NCBI GenBank assembly: GCA_963708025.1
Contig: CAVPSB010000025.1
Coordinates: 320,001 to 384,000 of the forward strand
Direction of reading: 5' to 3'
From: an uncultured Candidatus Rokubacteria bacterium
GTDB taxonomy: Bacteria > Methylomirabilota > Methylomirabilia > Rokubacteriales > DASRDR01
Length of the DNA stretch: 64,000 nucleotides
The number at the start of each line of letters is the position of its first letter. Position 1 is the stretch's first letter. The translations under genes and the position numbers were made by a program. This document shows positions 61,398 to 64,000 of this stretch, piece by piece. Under the pieces are notes generated by a model. It did not search any database, had not been told where the DNA came from, and was given only the letters and a program-made list of their open reading frames with translations.

Positions 61398-61961
61398 ATG
61401 AAGCAGGCCATCGCAGCGCTCCTGGTCGGCGGGGTCCTGGTCGCCGGCGCGGCCGCGCCGGCGCGCGCCTTCCACGAGGAGGCCGGCCGGGCCGTCGGGG
61501 AGGTCATGGATCAGTTCCGCGGCCTGGCGACCCAGATGGGGGAGCACCTCCGCGCCCATCCCCTCGCGATCCCCGGCGGTCCGCCGCCGGCCCCGGTCGA
61601 GCGGCCGCTCATCACCTTCATGCTGGAGCACCGGGCCGAGCTGGGCCTCAGTCCGGAGCAGGTGACCCGGCTGGACGGGCTGCGCGGCGATTTCGCCCGT
61701 GAGTCGATCCGGCGGGACGCCGACATCCGGATCGCCGAGATGGACCTGGCCGCGCTTCTCGAGCGGGAGCCGCTCGACCTGCCGAAGGTCGAGGCCAAGA
61801 TCCGCGAGGTGGCGAGGCTGCGGGCCGACCTGCGGGTGGAGCGCATCCGGACCATCGAGCAGGGGCGGGCGCTCTTGACCCCCGAGCAGCGGGCGAAGCT
61901 CCAGGCCCTCCTCGGCGGCCCGACCCCGCGGCGGACGGCCGAGCAGCGCGTCCGGATGTAG
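61398..61961 (+). CDS. Spy/CpxP family periplasmic protein
   Basis: Signal peptide, LGLSPEQ and LTPEQ motifs. Confidence 0.85.
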   Translation: MKQAIAALLVGGVLVAGAAAPARAFHEEAGRAVGEVMDQFRGLATQMGEHLRAHPLAIPGGPPPAPVERPLITFMLEHRAELGLSPEQVTRLDGLRGDFARESIRRDADIRIAEMDLAALLEREPLDLPKVEAKIREVARLRADLRVERIRTIEQGRALLTPEQRAKLQALLGGPTPRRTAEQRVRM

Positions 61962-61968
61962 CGCTCGC

Positions 61969-62826
61969 ATGGCGATTTCCCGAATCGGAGTGATCGGCTG
62001 CGGGCTCATGGGGGGCGGGATCACCCAGGTGGCCGCGCAGGCCGGCTTCCCGACCACGGTGGTCGAGGCCAACCAGGAGTTCCTGGACCGCGGCCTCGGC
62101 GCGATCCGGCGGAACCTCGACGGGCTGGTGGACAAGGGACGGCTCGACGCGAAGGCGCGGGACGCGGCCTGGGGCGGGATCCGGGGGACGACGAGCCTGG
62201 AGGATCTCCGCGACGCCGACCTCGTCATCGAGGCGATCACCGAGAACGTCGCGCTGAAGAAGGAGACCTTCGGCAAGCTCGACCGGATCTGCCCGCCCCC
62301 CGCACTCCTGGCCTCGAACACCTCGTCCTGTACCATCACCGAGCTGGCGGCGGCGACCCGGCGGCCGGCCCAGGTCCTCGGCCTCCACTTCTTCAACCCG
62401 GCCCCGATCATGAAGCTGGTCGAGGTCGTGCGGACCATCCTCACCAGCGAGGCCACCCTCAAGACCGCCTGGGAGTTCGTTTTGGCCCTCGGCAAGACGC
62501 CGGTGGCCACCCAGGACACGACCGGCTTCATCGTGAACCGCCTGCTGGTGCCGTACCTCCTCGAGGCGGTTCGGGTCCTGGAGTCCGGCGTCGCCACGAA
62601 AGAAGACATCGACCAGGCGATGAAGCTCGGCTGCGGCTATCCGATGGGGCCGTTCACCCTGCTGGACCTCGTCGGGCTCGACACGACGCTCTTCGTCGCC
62701 GAGGTCATGTTCGACGAGTTCCGGGAGGCGCGCTTCGCCCCGCCCCCGCTCTTGAAGCGCATGGTCATGGCCGGGCAGCTCGGCCGGAAGAGCGGCAAGG
62801 GGTTCTACGACTACCCTGCGCGGTGA
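61969..62826 (+). CDS. 3-hydroxybutyryl-CoA / 3-hydroxyacyl-CoA dehydrogenase
   Basis: GCGLMGGGI, SNTSS, HFFNP, GFIVNR, PMGP. Confidence 0.95.
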   Translation: MAISRIGVIGCGLMGGGITQVAAQAGFPTTVVEANQEFLDRGLGAIRRNLDGLVDKGRLDAKARDAAWGGIRGTTSLEDLRDADLVIEAITENVALKKETFGKLDRICPPPALLASNTSSCTITELAAATRRPAQVLGLHFFNPAPIMKLVEVVRTILTSEATLKTAWEFVLALGKTPVATQDTTGFIVNRLLVPYLLEAVRVLESGVATKEDIDQAMKLGCGYPMGPFTLLDLVGLDTTLFVAEVMFDEFREARFAPPPLLKRMVMAGQLGRKSGKGFYDYPAR

Positions 62827-62886
62827 GGGCCCGGGCCTTGACATACGGCCCGGCCTTCGCCGGGCAGCGCCCGTGAGGAGGGTCCA

Positions 62887-64000
62887 GTGGCGTTGAGAAC
62901 CCCGCAGCAGTACATCGAGAGCCTGCGCGACGGGCGGGTGGTCTACTACCGCGGCGAGCGGGTCGGGGACGTCACCACGCACCCCGAGCTGGGCGTCGGC
63001 GCCCGCCACGCCGCCCTCGAGTTCGCGAGCGCCCAGGATCCCGCCCACGCCGACCTCACGACCTACACGGACGCCGGCGGCGCCCGGTCGAGCCGCTACT
63101 GGAAGCTGCCGGAGGGGCCGGACGACCTGCTCCGCCGCCACGCGCTGATCGACCACGGGACCCGGGTCGGCCACGGCGTCTTCCTCATCGTCAAGGAGAT
63201 CGGCTCGGACTTCCTGTTCGCCCACACCATCGTGAGCCACCAGATGCAGGAGGTCCTGAAGGCGCCGTACCGGGAGCGCCTGGCGGCCTACCACCGGCAC
63301 GTCGCCGAGCAGGACCTTGCCCTGGCGGTGGCCCAGACCGACGTCAAGGGGGACCGCTCGCTGGGGCCGTCCGAGCAGGAGCACCCCGACTACTACGTCC
63401 ACGTGGTCGACCGCCAGAAGGACGGGATCGTGGTGCGCGGGGCGAAGGCCCACACGACCAACACGACCGCCGCCAACGAGGTGATCGTCCTGCCCACGCG
63501 GGCGATGTCCGAGGCCGACCGGGACTACGCGGTCGCCTTCGCGGTGCCGGTGAACACGAAGGGGCTCAAGCTGATCGCCAGTCCCTTCACCGCGACCGGC
63601 CCCTCCCGGTTCCACCACCCGGTGTCGGCCGAGCACAAGATGATCGAGACGCTGACCGTGTTCGACGACGTGTTCGTGCCGTGGGAGCGGGTGTTCCTGT
63701 GCGGCGAGACCCAGTTCGCGGGGGCGCTCGCCCTCGGCTTCGTCCAGTTCCACCGCTTCACCGCGGTCTCCTACAAGATCCCGCACATCGACCTGATGAT
63801 CGGCTCGGCCATGCTGGCCGCCGAGGCCAACGGGATCGAGAAGGCCGGGCACGTCCGGGAGAAGCTCTCCCGCCTGATCGCCTGGCGGGAGACGGTGCGC
63901 GGGCTCACGGTGGCCGCCGCCTACGAGTGTCGCCGGATGGCGCCGGGGGTGGCGGTGCCGAACCCGGTGACGACGAACGTCGCCAAGCAGCACTTCGCGG
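62887..64000 (+). CDS. 4-hydroxyphenylacetate 3-hydroxylase / 4-hydroxybutyryl-CoA dehydratase family flavoprotein (runs off window)
   Basis: RT..QYIESLRDGR, QTDVKGDRS, DGIVVRGAKAH, FDDVFVPWERVF; absent from the ORF track because there is no stop in the window. Confidence 0.85.
   Translation, partial: MALRTPQQYIESLRDGRVVYYRGERVGDVTTHPELGVGARHAALEFASAQDPAHADLTTYTDAGGARSSRYWKLPEGPDDLLRRHALIDHGTRVGHGVFLIVKEIGSDFLFAHTIVSHQMQEVLKAPYRERLAAYHRHVAEQDLALAVAQTDVKGDRSLGPSEQEHPDYYVHVVDRQKDGIVVRGAKAHTTNTTAANEVIVLPTRAMSEADRDYAVAFAVPVNTKGLKLIASPFTATGPSRFHHPVSAEHKMIETLTVFDDVFVPWERVFLCGETQFAGALALGFVQFHRFTAVSYKIPHIDLMIGSAMLAAEANGIEKAGHVREKLSRLIAWRETVRGLTVAAAYECRRMAPGVAVPNPVTTNVAKQHFA

Overview
Very GC-rich bacterial chromosomal segment. 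Gene content and repeat style suggest Candidatus Rokubacteria/Methylomirabilota or a similar soil lineage (inference). It holds about 65 coding regions, mostly metabolic: acyl-CoA enzymes, SDRs, two class IV aminotransferases, two Ldh_2 oxidoreductases, liv-type and sugar ABC transporters, ttuB-ttuA, apt, exeA/gspB, and a UvrD-nuclease fusion flanked by two Uma2 genes. I found no CRISPR array, tRNA/rRNA, transposase or phage. Many frameshifts, dense at 18.7-25.6 kb, look like long-read indel errors. Highlights missed by the ORF track: (1) an exported TlpA-like selenoprotein with an in-frame TGA in a UxxC motif and a SECIS-like hairpin (6826-7377); (2) a 27-aa desulforedoxin-like CxxC...CCG miniprotein (9682-9765); (3) an IS630-type MITE inserted at a stop codon (1492-1599); (4) a modular G/C-tract palindromic repeat family, with copies apparently translated as protein N-termini; (5) a structured leader ahead of an RRM gene; (6) a tandem-GT4 glycosyltransferase paired with a Cys-less L,D-transpeptidase/Tlde1-like protein; (7) several gene remnants (MocR, adenylate cyclase, DMT) and several apparently leaderless genes.
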